From Paraphysomonas bandaiensis (Eukaryota > Protista > Chrysophyceae), in contig CBFFRP010000655.1 in the NCBI GenBank assembly GCA_965644295.1, positions 18,792 through 82,791 on the forward strand: 64,000 nt of DNA, written 5' to 3'. The notes beneath the pieces were generated by a model that did not search any database, was not told the DNA's origin, and was given only the letters and a program-made list of their open reading frames with translations. A program made the position numbers and the translations under genes. Each line of letters starts with the position of its first letter. Positions within the stretch are counted from its first letter, which is position 1. Below, in pieces: positions 26,778 through 39,816 of the stretch.

Positions 26778-28836
26778 CTACTCCGCCTTGGATGACACGC
26801 GGATTGATCTGTCCATGGAGCAACTGACAAGTGAGGATGCTCTGTGAGTCCAGCCGAGCCCGGTCACAGCCTTCTTATGGATCTCCAGCCTCTGCGGTAC
26901 CAGACATACGCATAAGTCAAGAAGAGGAAATATATGGCTCTTACATTCATCTCGGACCACTCCTTCACCACAGAGACGGAGATAGCACCAGCAGCAGATC
27001 CGCATGCAAGGTACACACCTGCACCCACAAAAACGTTAACAGAGCCAAGCACAGATGGTAGCATGTGGCGTACCAGAGTAGTCAAAAGCCACGGACGTCA
27101 CGGCTTTAGGACTGAGGGCTGCAAGGAAACAAAGTGATTAACAATAAATCAACGCAGCAAAACTATATACTCTTATATCGCATCTAATTACGAATATACT
27201 ACTATGTCCTATACTAAAAAAAACACCACGGCACAGTCTATTCCACCGTCAAAAAGCAGATGTGTAACTCACCCTCTATTTTTTGCAAGGACTTCTGCTT
27301 TCTGAGGTCCCATATGTGGGCGCAACCATCTTCACCGCCTGTAGCCAGCATGTATCCATTCTCGTTAAACGACATGCTCAGCACACCTCCTGTGTGTTCA
27401 GAGCAGTTAGCGACATTAGCTTGCTCCCGAATGTCCCAGATGCGGACCGACCCATCAGAACCTCCTGTTGCAAGAATAAGGCCATCTGGGTGAAAGCAGC
27501 CACTTTGAATTGGGGAGAGGTCCTCCCCACCCTGTCCCTGTGCCTTATTCTGTTGCACCAATGATACACCTCTGTTTACATCCAGAAAGCACCAGGAGCT
27601 GTCCGAGGACACAGAGACCAGATAATCACCTAGTGCAACAAAACGTAGCATGTTAATACCAAGTCGTAGCAGTGGACTTTCTAAATAATAGAGAGAAAGT
27701 GATTTATACCTGTGGGGTGCACTGTGAGGCCAGTCACGTCAGCACTGTGTGTAGAGAACGAAGTAGCTTCAGAGTAGGAAAAGGAATCTGTACTTGTGGA
27801 CGGTTTCCACACCTTGACTGTGTTGTCCGCTCCACCAGTGAATGCCAATGGGCGTGTTGTCTCTGCATTTTCATGAAGAGCAACGGCAGTAACTTTCTTG
27901 GAGTGTCCCTTTAAAGTACAAAGGACCTCTCCGGAGGGTATACTAGTCAATATGGCATGCTTGTCCGCACCCCCAGTGAGGGCCAGAGAGGATGCTTCCG
28001 AGGACAACAGAGCAAGACAAGTGACCCCTGGTTTCGAGGACTGATGCGGAGTGAATGATGCCACCTGAGAATAACCCGCAACATCCTCTTTCGAGCTGAG
28101 GTCTGCCGGGGGCTTCCTTCCTTTCCTTCCCTTGGTGAGTTCTCCATATTTCTCTGTAATTTTCTCCAGCACACCCTCGCCCAGACCTGTTTCCGTGGCT
28201 CCACCAGATACCTCCATAGCCTCAGTATCTGGGGCGGACATGGCCCCATCTGTAGGGACGGTAACCCCCTGACTCTGTAGCATAGAGAGCATAGCCCGGG
28301 CCTCGTCGCGCTCTCGCATAAGTCGCGCGATAACACGGCACGCAGCGTCATGCTGGTAAAGCGCCTGAGAAAGCTCCTGTCTGGTGCTATCCAGATGCTG
28401 CTTCAGTGTAAAGGTCTCCAGCATAAGCTCATCCCATTCATTCTGTATTAAATAATTACAGTTGATACAAGAAAATTAAAGTTTGTATTTACCTGAAAGA
28501 GAGTAAGCATTCCGGGAATGCTTGTCGCATTGAGAGGTCTGGGTTTCACAGCTTTGTTGGCTATATTACCATATAAATAATTGATTCAAATGAATCATAT
28601 TTTTTGTTACCTTGAACTGAAACGAAATCCTCTTCACTTGTAGTCTCTCCGGTCATGGGGCACGTGCCGCTCTCCTTTATATGCTTCAGAACTAATTGTT
28701 TTTCATATAAATGACCGGTGCGTCTTGATACCACTGGTTCCTGAGGAACCTCTCCTGAAACTAATAGAGTGTGTTAGTTTATATGATATATACAGGGATA
28801 TATATATATATGCATGTACATACTTGCACAATACAT
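26778..28836 (-). CDS. PRPF19: Pre-mRNA-processing factor 19 (U-box, coiled coil, WD40)
   Basis: [27 protein letters not shown] U-box, [51 protein letters not shown], then WD40 repeats (FHPDGLILATG..VRIWD). Confidence 0.96.
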
Positions 28837-30409
28837 AATACTTGACTGGATAATAAGCTGCCGTGCAAACAAGTAAAGAAAGCGCTTTGATTATAAGTTA
28901 TCTAACACTGATTATTCAGTGCAATAACAAATTTCAAATAAGGCGCTGTGAGAATGCAAATGAATGTTTGTTGCACAGCAATTGAGATGGAGGACCGCAC
29001 TGGTTCTATATAATAATGTGCAGGTATACATACATACATACATACATACATACAATCATACGTATAAGGGCTAGTGTATAAAATTATTGGACGATCCACA
29101 CTGCTGCACAAGTGTGTGGTTTAAGTACAAAGTCATGAGGCTTTTTTTTTAATTGAGTAGTTTAGTTTCTCTGGCTTTTATGTAGAAAACTACCTTTCCC
29201 AGTTCTATTTTCCCATTTTTCAGTGAAAACTGGGATTTAGTTTATCATAATCCTGGTTTCCGTATCCATATAATACATTCTTATAAAAATATACGATGAT
29301 AGAGTGTTCCACTCAAGTGGTATCTATATATGAAGATATCAGTATCCTTACATCACTCCTAGTAGAGTGGTTGTGTTGATTAAACTAAGCAATGCATACA
29401 TCTTTATAATTATCCCAACGTGTTTCTTGTGAATAGCGCCAAGCAAACTCTATCTACATCTATCCAATACATATATACATGCGTCATATATGATTATGAC
29501 AAGCACCACATAATCTTTATGGGGAGGGGACGATAGAGCTGATCTCACAGGACCCAGAATAAGGTAGATATTCACTATCGGAATGTAGCAGTAATGATGG
29601 AAATCATCTTCTGAGCTCCTTCAATCGAGTGCCTTCCGAACGAAGTCTAGTCTTCACAAATTGAAATTTTATGTGGGTTCCGTCTGGTCGCACAGTAGGC
29701 ATTTCTTTAACTCAGACCTCAGCATCGGAGAGAGAGCCGCGATTAGACAACCCTTATTCATTGTTGATACGTTTGTCCAGTCAGGGTTAGCAGTAGTATT
29801 GGTCTGTTCTCCAAAGTACCTTGGTTGCTGCATCACCCACACCAGTGACAGTTTTGTGCGAAATGTGTATGAATATGACCCTACAGTATGCGTGTATGCG
29901 TAACTCTGAGTTTATAAACCGTCGAAGTTTCTGGCTTTTACTTATGATTAATTCAAGCCATTCTTATTTTTTCTTTCTCTTCTTTATTAGATTTTTTGGG
30001 CGCTAAGAATTACGTAGAAACAATAGGCTGTTGAAGGCAACATATTCATGCCGCTTACAGTGAACTACTTAAAGTGGTTCTCGCGGGAATATCTAAATTG
30101 TAGAAGAAATATATCAACTTGACAGTATTAAAATATATAAGGAATAAGGACTACTTTAGTCTGAGCTCTACTACTTGTTTTCCTGAATATCTTTTCTTTA
30201 GTGAAAAGCCACACTAATCGCCACGTGTGTGTCGAACTTCCTACATGCAGCAGCAAGGGTATAAAATTGTGTAGCACATTAATCTAATACTACTCGTGCC
30301 GACTAACTTTGCTTGAAAATGTTGTTTAAGACACTAAATAAATTTAAGTAAATTGGCTATTTATTAGTCGTTGGATAGACCGCCGAGAAATAGGGGAAGT
30401 TGTGTACAT

Positions 30410-31316
30410 TTAAAACACACGGAAGATCTTCTTGACGTTCTGAGACTGTTAAATATGAAAGTCAGTACAAGTGGGTATACGAATTGCTGAGAGTAGCGTA
30501 CCTTGTTGAGGGTGGGTTGGTGCTCAAGGACGTTGAACTTGACGGTTTTAGCGAGGGGTCTGCACTGGCCAACAGTAACCACATCACCCTCAGTGACATT
30601 GGTAAAGCAAGGAGAGCAGTGGACAGACATATTGGAGTGCCTCTTCTCGAATCTGGAGTGAAAGCAGTTGTCAGATGTAAAGATCAATAAAATAAGGAAA
30701 TGCATTCGAGAATATGTACAACAGTAGCACTATGAGGCTGCATATAGCACCATATAAACGAGGTAGTACGAATAGTACTCTCATACAACAGAAGCCACTA
30801 AAACTATTGAGCCATACAGAATGTATGCACTCCATCGTAATAAGTGCCATGCAATGTAGTCAAATATACGGGACACATGCAGATGTGGTTACCTTCTGTA
30901 TTTCTTAACGTATTGAAGGTAATCGCGACGAATGACAATTGTTCTCTTCATCTTGTTGGAGATAACAATACCCTTGAGGATACGGCCACGGATAGAGACG
31001 TTGCCGGTGAAGGGGCACTTCTTGTCAACGTAGGTGCCCTCAATGGCAGACTTAGGGGTCTTGAACCCAAGTCCGATAGACTTGTAGTATCTCATACCCT
31101 AAAATTTTAAAAGGATTAATAAATTATGTAACGATATATAAGATAGATGAGATACCTTGCGAGTCTTCTTGCCCAGAGCGCGCTTTCTGCCAATGAAAAT
31201 GGCATCCTGCTTCTGGTACGCCTTCTCGGTCTACATCAACAATACAAAAGAATGACTCCATGACAGAATATAACACGACTTCACTCAATTACCTGATCGG
31301 TCTCACGGAACTCCAT
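30410..31316 (-). CDS. RPS11: 40S ribosomal protein S11 (uS17), 5 exons
   Basis: [16 protein letters not shown].., [85 protein letters not shown]. Confidence 0.97.
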
Positions 31317-31666
31317 AATTCAGCCAATTTAATGTCTACTCAATGTATGTATATATATTCCTTGTCGCTCACTATGCAGTCCTCGTTTTTGCCAGCCAAG
31401 TAAACCCCATATCTTCAATCGACGTTTTCAGTTTTGAATTGATGGAACCTCTATTCCATTCGATGTTTTGTTTTTGGTGAGCATATCACTCCTGCATTGC
31501 ATACATATGTACTGTATGTATATCGTGAAATACCTATATGACAACCTCCCATAACATACCACTGCACACCATTGATCAGGTTTACCAGTGCAGTAACTAT
31601 TATTTGCTGCTTATTGCCTCTCAAAACAATTTTTAATTTATTCTTACTTACTTCTGAGGCCGTAAA
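31317..31666. promoter_or_regulatory. Probable bidirectional promoter between RPS11 and RPB5
   Basis: Only 350 bp separate the head-to-head start codons of two housekeeping genes. Confidence 0.6.
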
Positions 31667-32305
31667 ATGAACAGCAATACAGTTGGTGGTTTGTCTCCAG
31701 AGACATCTAAACTCTTTCGAGTTAGAAAAACTTGCCTGAAAATGTTATCCAAACGTGGATATATTGTGCCTGATGAGTATCTAAATATGACGACCGAGGA
31801 GTTTAGACTGCAGTTTGGTGATGAACCATCTCGAGAGAACCTCACAATATTCGTTGAAAAAGCTGATGATGCAACTGATCAGATATTTGTTTTCTTTCCA
31901 GTCGACGAGAAGGTTGGAGTAAATCCAATTAAGGCTTACTGCTTGCGAATGAAGGAACAAGGAGTAAAACGTGCCATTATTGTTGTCAAGAATAATTTGA
32001 CGCCATGCGCGAAGCAAGCACTGAAGGAATTGGGGGTGCGAGGTTATCGTATGGAATATTTTAGAGATGCCGAGATGCTTGTCGACATTACTGAGCACAA
32101 ATTAGTTCCTGAGCATGTAGTGCTTACTACACAGGAGAAAAATGAACTTCTGATTCGTTATAAGTTGAAGCCATCCCAATTACCTCGTATCCAGCTACAG
32201 GATCCCATGTCCCGCTATTTGGGACTGAACCATGGACAAGTAGTGAAAATTGTTCGTCCAAGTGAAACTGCAGGAAGATACATCACATACCGTATATGCA
32301 CGTAG
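31667..32305 (+). CDS. RPB5: DNA-directed RNA polymerases I/II/III subunit RPABC1 (RPB5), intronless
   Basis: LFRVRKTCLKMLSKRGY..DITEHKLVPEHVVL..LPRIQLQDPMSRYLGL..GQVVKIVRPSETAGRYITYR, 212 aa. Confidence 0.98.
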   Translation: MNSNTVGGLSPETSKLFRVRKTCLKMLSKRGYIVPDEYLNMTTEEFRLQFGDEPSRENLTIFVEKADDATDQIFVFFPVDEKVGVNPIKAYCLRMKEQGVKRAIIVVKNNLTPCAKQALKELGVRGYRMEYFRDAEMLVDITEHKLVPEHVVLTTQEKNELLIRYKLKPSQLPRIQLQDPMSRYLGLNHGQVVKIVRPSETAGRYITYRICT

Positions 32306-33771
32306 AGTCGTAGATTTCTCTCCACAGTTTTTGTATAACCTAAGTAGTTAATCGTTATATGTTTACGCACTTGCCAACAACGCCTACAACTTTTTTGCTG
32401 TTCTTATCGCTCTGTGATGTATTGCTCCATATAGACAAAGCATCTGAATTATCTCGCAATACCAATTTTAGTGCAACTCCCCCGTCACAAATTAACTACA
32501 AAGTCAACAATTGCAAGGCAGGCTTGGCTGCTTCATAGCATTCACTATTCACCTCGCCAAAGTCTAATATTCTACTCACGAATCAATTATTGATTTTGAA
32601 AAAACGTATATATATATTCAATATAGTATCATATGTATCACATCAGCTTCGCAATCAAATGAGAATTGGGTAGTCTTTTGTGACTGAATCGAATGAAGTT
32701 CTAAAGGAGACCATCACTGGCATCAGAAATCCGGCACTGCTATGCCACAAACTGAGTACATACATTTCAGGTAGCATAATTGAATAGTACTTTAAGTTGT
32801 ACGTACTGAGATAGTCTGAATGGTATGTATGATGCAGTAGAGTGTATCAACATTTGATTCGCACCTTCGCACCGAATGTGAACTTGTGTACCATTGTACT
32901 TATTCAACATTATTATTCTTGCAACACTACGCCTACGACACACACACATGCCTGTAGTTAAGTATACAAATAGAATAGCATATTTAAAAATGAACCAGAT
33001 TCTTCAATGCTAATATATAAATTCTATTTGTCAAACGTATCTCGATGGAAACAGATTACTCACACCTAAAAATAGCCCAAGAAAGCTGAATTCTACGCAA
33101 CCTATTTCTTTGGCTGTAAGCAGAGTTATTAAGTAGAAATCGTCATTGTTTATGATTGCAAAAACAAGTAGTTATTTTAAAATCTTAAATAATATTGTCT
33201 AGCTATAGTTCACACAAACAATATAGAATACTTCCGTGGGATTCATCCTCCTCGTAGCACGTACTGATCTACCTGTACTTACATTACATCTCTATTGGTT
33301 CTGCTTACACTAACCCATGTGCATTGTATGTCATATACACCATCTACGAGTATATTAAGGACATACGAGCAACTAGACCCTTGTACAGCCGATAGTTTGC
33401 TTAGTATGTACAGGGAAACACAGAGATTGTATACTGCAAGCCTAAGGCACACCGCAAAACACTCCTTCTTAAATATCTAGCCCTATCATTGCTTCTAGGA
33501 GATATAGTATCCATGTTAATAGCCACTGTCATAGATACACTGTATACTGAACTAGATACTGCTGCCGATGCTGCTTGAAATCCTTCCTTTTTATGTAGAA
33601 ATGTTGGGATTTATTGAATGAAAAAGTATAAAAGTGTATTATTATGATAGAAACCCCAGAAAAACTTGTTATTATACACAGCAGCCGTAAGATGTCTAGA
33701 CGTATGTGAAGGCCTGTACATTACCTCTGCACTGTGAACATACCCACTCCAGTGCAGTACATTAACTGATT

Positions 33772-34245
33772 ATGCCCTTCATGAACTGTCTCTATAGAAT
33801 TTTCAATAATGCCAATCGTCTAACTTGTATTTCTCTATCATCCCGACTATTAAGTAGCTCCAATAAATCGACTTTACTTATAGCAGAGTCTGTTGGATTG
33901 TGTAACGCTAATCGTCATATATTTTTATGCTGTGATCAAACAAAACCAAAATGTTGTTCAATTGAAGATGGAATGGAATCATGGAATTTTTTGAAACGAC
34001 GATTAAAAGAGTTAAATTTATTAGGTCGGAAAGCGACTGTTGTTCGTACAAAAGTGAATTGCTTACAAGTATGCAAGAAAGGCCCAATAGCAGTTGTGTA
34101 TCCTGAAGGAGTGTGGTATCATTCGTGTACCCCAGATGTCTTGGAAAATATTATTCAAAAGCATTTAATAGGAGGTGAAGTTGTGTCAGAGAATGTAATA
34201 TTTGAAAGGAAGTTTTCAAGTGACTCACAGTTTGAACCGAGCTAA
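33772..34245 (+). CDS. Thioredoxin-like [2Fe-2S] ferredoxin with N-terminal organellar presequence, intronless
   Basis: [51 protein letters not shown] is the Trx-like ferredoxin signature. The N-terminus is Ser/Arg/Leu-rich. Confidence 0.9.
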   Translation: MPFMNCLYRIFNNANRLTCISLSSRLLSSSNKSTLLIAESVGLCNANRHIFLCCDQTKPKCCSIEDGMESWNFLKRRLKELNLLGRKATVVRTKVNCLQVCKKGPIAVVYPEGVWYHSCTPDVLENIIQKHLIGGEVVSENVIFERKFSSDSQFEPS

Positions 34246-34772
34246 GCATGTAGTTTTGTATTCTACTATTTATATTCTCGATAATACTATTAACGGTATA
34301 TATAAATAATATCATAGCAGCATACGCCTTACTTATAGACTATTTGACTGCATCACAAGATACTTGCATATAGTCCCTAATTTCTGTGGATACTATTGGT
34401 GATAATGTTTAGTAAGTTTCAAGAATAGATTGCAGATATGCAAATGATAAATGTAATATTAGCTTCTACAAAAGTTCACAGCAAGTTGTTTACTTTAATA
34501 AGCTATGCAACGTGCAACGCTTTTCATTTAATATTCAAAATATGTCAAATCGTTTGAGTTGAAGATAGAAGATAGCAAGCATATCGTAAATGGAGAACTA
34601 TTATGTGATATGTAAAGCTTCAGGCAAATAATAGATACTAGCTACGCTACCTACGAACTAACCTAGCTACACCCATTAATCTACAAAGCACAGTCATCTG
34701 AGCAAGCCAACACACACAAATCACTTCTTACGCAATTCAGTACGCAACAGGATAGATATCGTACATCAGACA

Positions 34773-36322
34773 TTATCGCGTCCGAAAAGAAAGACTCATA
34801 GTTTCGCACATAATGGAATTGCTGGCCAGAGTTCTTACATGATTATTCATACTCAGGGTCAAACCCCACCACAAAAGACGTACGTTGTAGCTGCTGCTTC
34901 AGCTTCTTAGCATTTGCAATCGATTGCAGAATATCCTCGCTTGAATTAGCAGACACACCTTCTTGGGCCCTGTATATCCGAAAATATTAGTATCCAGTGA
35001 CAAATAGCAGGGAATATATATTTAACGCAAAGTTCTAACTGCCGCATAGGTTGCACATCTTGATGATATACACAGGGAAAAGCTGGTTCCAGATAGTACC
35101 TGTGGGTGTTGCTTTTGTATTCAGTCTTGTCATCTCCAAGAGAAAAGTGACATCTACGCGTTTCATCGATTACCTTCCGGAGTTCGGCTTTTCGATCCCC
35201 TACAGTGATTGTCACGTCTACGCTAGATACAATAAAGAGTCCAAATGGCTATACTACACTTACCATGATTGTAACATTCTTCCGGTAGATTTTTATACCC
35301 TCTCCTGTAGTCGGAAGTATAATCCACTTTCTCCTCGCCCATTGATATTTGATGCCTTCGGAGGTGTGTCTTTAATGCGGTCACTTCATCTTTCATCTTG
35401 CTAAAGTCATTCGTGTTGCCATGGTAGCACATTGCATCCTAAAGTACAACATTCAGGCACCAATGTCGCCAGAGAATACAATACGCATACACAACGGGTA
35501 AACGGAAATTACATGAGTAATGGGAAGCGTATACGTACTTGGGCAACAGATTTATAATTAGGCTTCTCTGATCCGAAGTCAATTGAGCTCTTCTGGGCTG
35601 GGATAGAAACAGTGGGCTTCGTTTTTCCCAATTGTCCAGCTGGCGAAAAGCACATAACAAAATCATTGAAAAATGGAAATGTAGTAGTTTTAATAATCTA
35701 AGCCTTCAAGAGAATAATCCATATGTCCTAAACTGTCTTGCGTACCTTCAGCAGATGCTCGGAGCCCAGCCCTTGCTGTCGTCTCGTAGTCCACTTTCTC
35801 GTCACCCAGTGAAAAATTGGCCCGAGTTAATTGAGCCTGGACACATAAACCTGACTTAGCAATGCAGTGGTATTTATTATGCGCATTCAATTACAACACC
35901 AACATGATAATATACTAATAGCAAAGTACTGCACATAATATTCAGAGTGATAGCTAAAATTACCTTCATATCTTTATTTCTGGCCGTCTGTGACTTACGT
36001 TCTTCTATATCAAAACCATGCATAACATTTTTCTGCTGACTGTGAGCATCACTTAAATATTCCACCTGAATAAGAAGTTATGTCGATTCAATAAAGACAC
36101 GAAAAGAGTGTTTGACAATATTTTTTATGTATCTGCACTCACCGAGTCGTTTCCAAATAGTATGGATGTCTTCGTGTTCGCTAATTTGCGGTTCCTCAAT
36201 TCAGATACCATTTTACCTCTGTCATAACTGCCTATTTTGGAGGCTACATCTTCCATTGCTGATGATGTTGTGGTCACCCAGCGTTTGCTAGGTGAGCGTG
36301 GAGATTGTTGATTAGAAGGCAT
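34773..36322 (-). CDS. Multi-exon protein with repeated (H/N)FSLGDxKxxYxT/S motifs, candidate axonemal microtubule-inner protein
   Basis: Repeats KTSILFGND, TRANFSLGDEKVDYETT, RRHQISMGEEKVDYTSD, RRCHFSLGDDKTEYKSN and QRTSFVVGFD occur across ~6 exons, each separated by a short helix. Confidence 0.6.
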
Positions 36323-36883
36323 TTAGCAAATTTTACAAGTATGTAGAATACTAATGAAGTTCTAATTGTAAATAAGGTATAGCAGGTGTCTGATATACTC
36401 AATCTTAATGGACGGTTAAGTATCTATATCACTGCAGGCCAATGTACTCTATAGCTACCATATGCACACACGAGAACTCGAAACCGTCACAACTGAGACA
36501 CTTGTAGAGCACTGTAACTGTATACACGCTCTGTAGTAGATGACTGTATGATGAAGAAAACTAACGGATTTTTCCCAGATACACACCAACTGTTTGACGG
36601 TAGTTTGTGGGGTATGAATGGTTCCATTATGCAGTACCACACAGACTGTACTTTTGGAATTGTACTGTACAAAAAACTTTCCTTTTACACGAGTACAATA
36701 CAAACACCAACATGAACTCCAACCCATTATAGTACTACGAAGTCCATAAGTACACTATCGAAGTACGATAGTCCATAAAGTCCATATATATATACATATA
36801 TTTCCTGTACATACATACATATATAGACATCCATACATATCACACCAACCTAACCACAGGCTCTTAACTCCAACCTATAGAAA

Positions 36884-39816
36884 ATGCCAAGAAGAGTCCC
36901 TAAGAAACAAGATATTCAGCAGATAGAAAAGGAGGAGATCGGCAATGGTATCCTCTCTAATCAAGATATGATTCTCCTTAAAGACAATCAAGAGCATGCT
37001 GTAGAGCTCTATAAGAAACACGGGTTTATAAGAGAATGTGAGGAGGCAGCGGATAGATATATAGCAAACTGTGAACGGTTTAATGTGGATGTTGATCCAG
37101 GAGTTGTCATATGTCTCAGAACAGGGTCAGTCAATGCATATGTCTTACACACCACCATAGAGCTAATAGTCAATTCATATGTAATGGTATGTGTGTTTTT
37201 GTAGGTGGTATATGCTACATCCTACCAAATATTTCAATGAAGGAGCTATGCTTCCATTACTTGGAGTCTTGGACCAAAACCAACACGTGAGATGCCTAAA
37301 CTTAGCCTATACTGGTAATCACTTATATATAAGTTGTGCGCATGTACAATGCGATGCTGCCTATCTCGTGAAGTTGATATTTGCAATTTATTTGTATACC
37401 TTCATGTTAGAATGCACGTTATTGTTGCGTGATAATCGTGCCGTCTGTAGCCATGCAGGACAAGCGCATCAGAAGCAGTGGAAACGGCAACTCTAATGCA
37501 AGAGTGCTTAATTTTATTCTGCGTCAGAACCAAGCCATTGAAGAACTGAACCTCTCTAATACTGGTGAGATGATATGTCTGTGGGATATTGACTATGTAA
37601 TTACTTGAATGTATAACATTGACTGCCGAATCACATAGTTTTAGTATACTCAGCACTTGTTCTATTTCACTCTTGTAAACGCGGTAATATATGTGCGTAG
37701 GTCTAGATGATGATGGTCTCAAGGAAATAGCACAAGCTCTTAAGGACAATAGAAGTTTGAAAAGGCTGGATGTTTCAGGGAATTATTTTGGTGAGAAAAG
37801 CTGTATATCATGATAGTAGATTATTTTCGATTTGTTTTCTTTTTGGTATTTATCATCGTAGTAGAATGTGTGTAGGTGTTGTGATACACTGTGCTTGTCG
37901 TTCTTTTTGTCTAAACAGTGTCATAATCTTCAGGTCTAGACGGAGCGCTGAGTTTGAGGGATGCATTGGAGTCTGGATCATCTCTGGAGAAGCTTGATCT
38001 GTCCATGAATGCTCTTTCCTTTCAGGCAATCCACGCTCTTCAGAGCTCCTGTGCATGCAACGGTATTTCACACTTTTTGTATGACTGTGCTGCACTGTGC
38101 CTTGTATTTTATGCACACGTTACTACTTGAAGTAGAGCACAGTAATGCACACAAGTCCATTGCATTCTCTCGTGTAAAGTTGCCTATTCCATGTGAAGTC
38201 ACTCTCGCCATTACTGTAAGGAGTAAAAAAAAATATATGTATATAGAACGTATAAACTAAGGAGTATATATGTTCTATATAGTTTAATATATTTACATAG
38301 GACTCGAGATGCTCACCCAAGGAAACTACATATTCGAGGAGATTCTTAATTCTGTGTCCCACGGAGTGGCTCTCATATTCGCTGTTATCGGTTCTGTCAT
38401 ATTGATGACAGAGGCCACTGAAACATACAACACAGACTACCATTTCTGGGGTTGTCTTATCTTCTCATTTACACTCATGTTTTTGTTTGCGGTATCCACA
38501 CTGTTCCACTCTTTCTTTATGCTGCCTACAGGTGAATAAGAATAACTCTCATTTCATCGCATCTTACTGTTACATGTAGCTTCTTATGTACTTCAAATTT
38601 TGGATCATGTTGGCATATATATGCTGATAGCAGGTATGCCTCCCAATGTGCACTGCACCAAATGCCCATGACTTCTGGTTGATATTGTGAGAGTAGTCCA
38701 TTTTCACTCCATTTATGTTGTTGCTGAAACTAATGAATATCTTGCCACCGAATGTATATCTTGCCACGCTTCATATGGGCAGTCATAACCACATCTCCGC
38801 ATATATAACATATAGATTCTCATCCCGTGCTCTTCTAATGTGTCCATGACAGGGTCATATACTCCGTTTCTATTGATAGGGCTGCATAACTACACCTCTG
38901 CCACGGTTCTACTAATTGCCCAGTGGATAGCTGCTGCTGCAGGAACAATGTTCGTCAGTGAGTACTCCTTTCCATACATCTGTGCTGTATTTCTTTGAAG
39001 CTATTCTGTTCTTATTCGTATTTTGTATATCATAGCTGGAGCTGATCTCAATAAGCCATCCACAAGTAACATCGAGCTGACTGCATTCGTTTGTATGGGT
39101 GGCGCTGCGGTGTTTGTGTGGCACCATATTCTCGAGGCATTTACGGCTTCGGCAGTCAAGCTACTTGTAGCAGGTATGTCTGTGTGCCCGTACGTAAATT
39201 GTATACCAAGATGTGTGCAAAATAACTTATATCGTTCTCTATACAATTTTACTTTGCCAAGTACATATGTGTATATTATGTTGGCAATGTTTATTCTGAT
39301 ACTGTATGTATGCGGCATGAGTTCAATGGAGGAGCTGGATTATCTGATATTTTCACAGGAGGGGCTGCTTACGTGATAGGAATCGTATTCTTTATATGGG
39401 GACAGTACAAGCCCATATATCACTCAGTGTGGCACCTTTTTGTAATGCTAGGTATCTTGGGATCAGACTCGTCTCACGTACGCTTTAATTGTTTTGTCAT
39501 GCAGGGGCAAGTCTACACTGGTTCTGTGTTTATTTCTTCATAGTCAATACTAGACTAGGCGGTGTTATGGAGGGTGTATACGAGGATTGTATGAGGGATG
39601 GACTGCAGACCTGGTATGCATAACACATACGTATTGCATTTCAGAATTATACATAGATTTTACATGTAACATTCACATTGTGAGCTATAATAGCCCACAG
39701 CATATTATCTACAGCATAGTAATACATATCGTGTCTGATAATTTTCGTACTGCAGCGTGCAGGAGCTGTACGATGTTGTAAACATGACCGCGATAGGCAC
39801 GGATTCCTGCACCTAA
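36884..39816 (+). CDS. RNI-like LRR fused to haemolysin-III/PAQR 7-TM domain, ~12 exons
   Basis: LRRs (LNLSNTGLDDDGLKEIAQAL, LDVSGNYFG, LDLSMNAL) are spliced in frame to EEILNSVSHG, STLFH, LDHVGIYMLIAGSYTP and HSVWHLFV..GASLHW (PAQR motifs). Probable TAA at 39814-39816. Confidence 0.85.
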
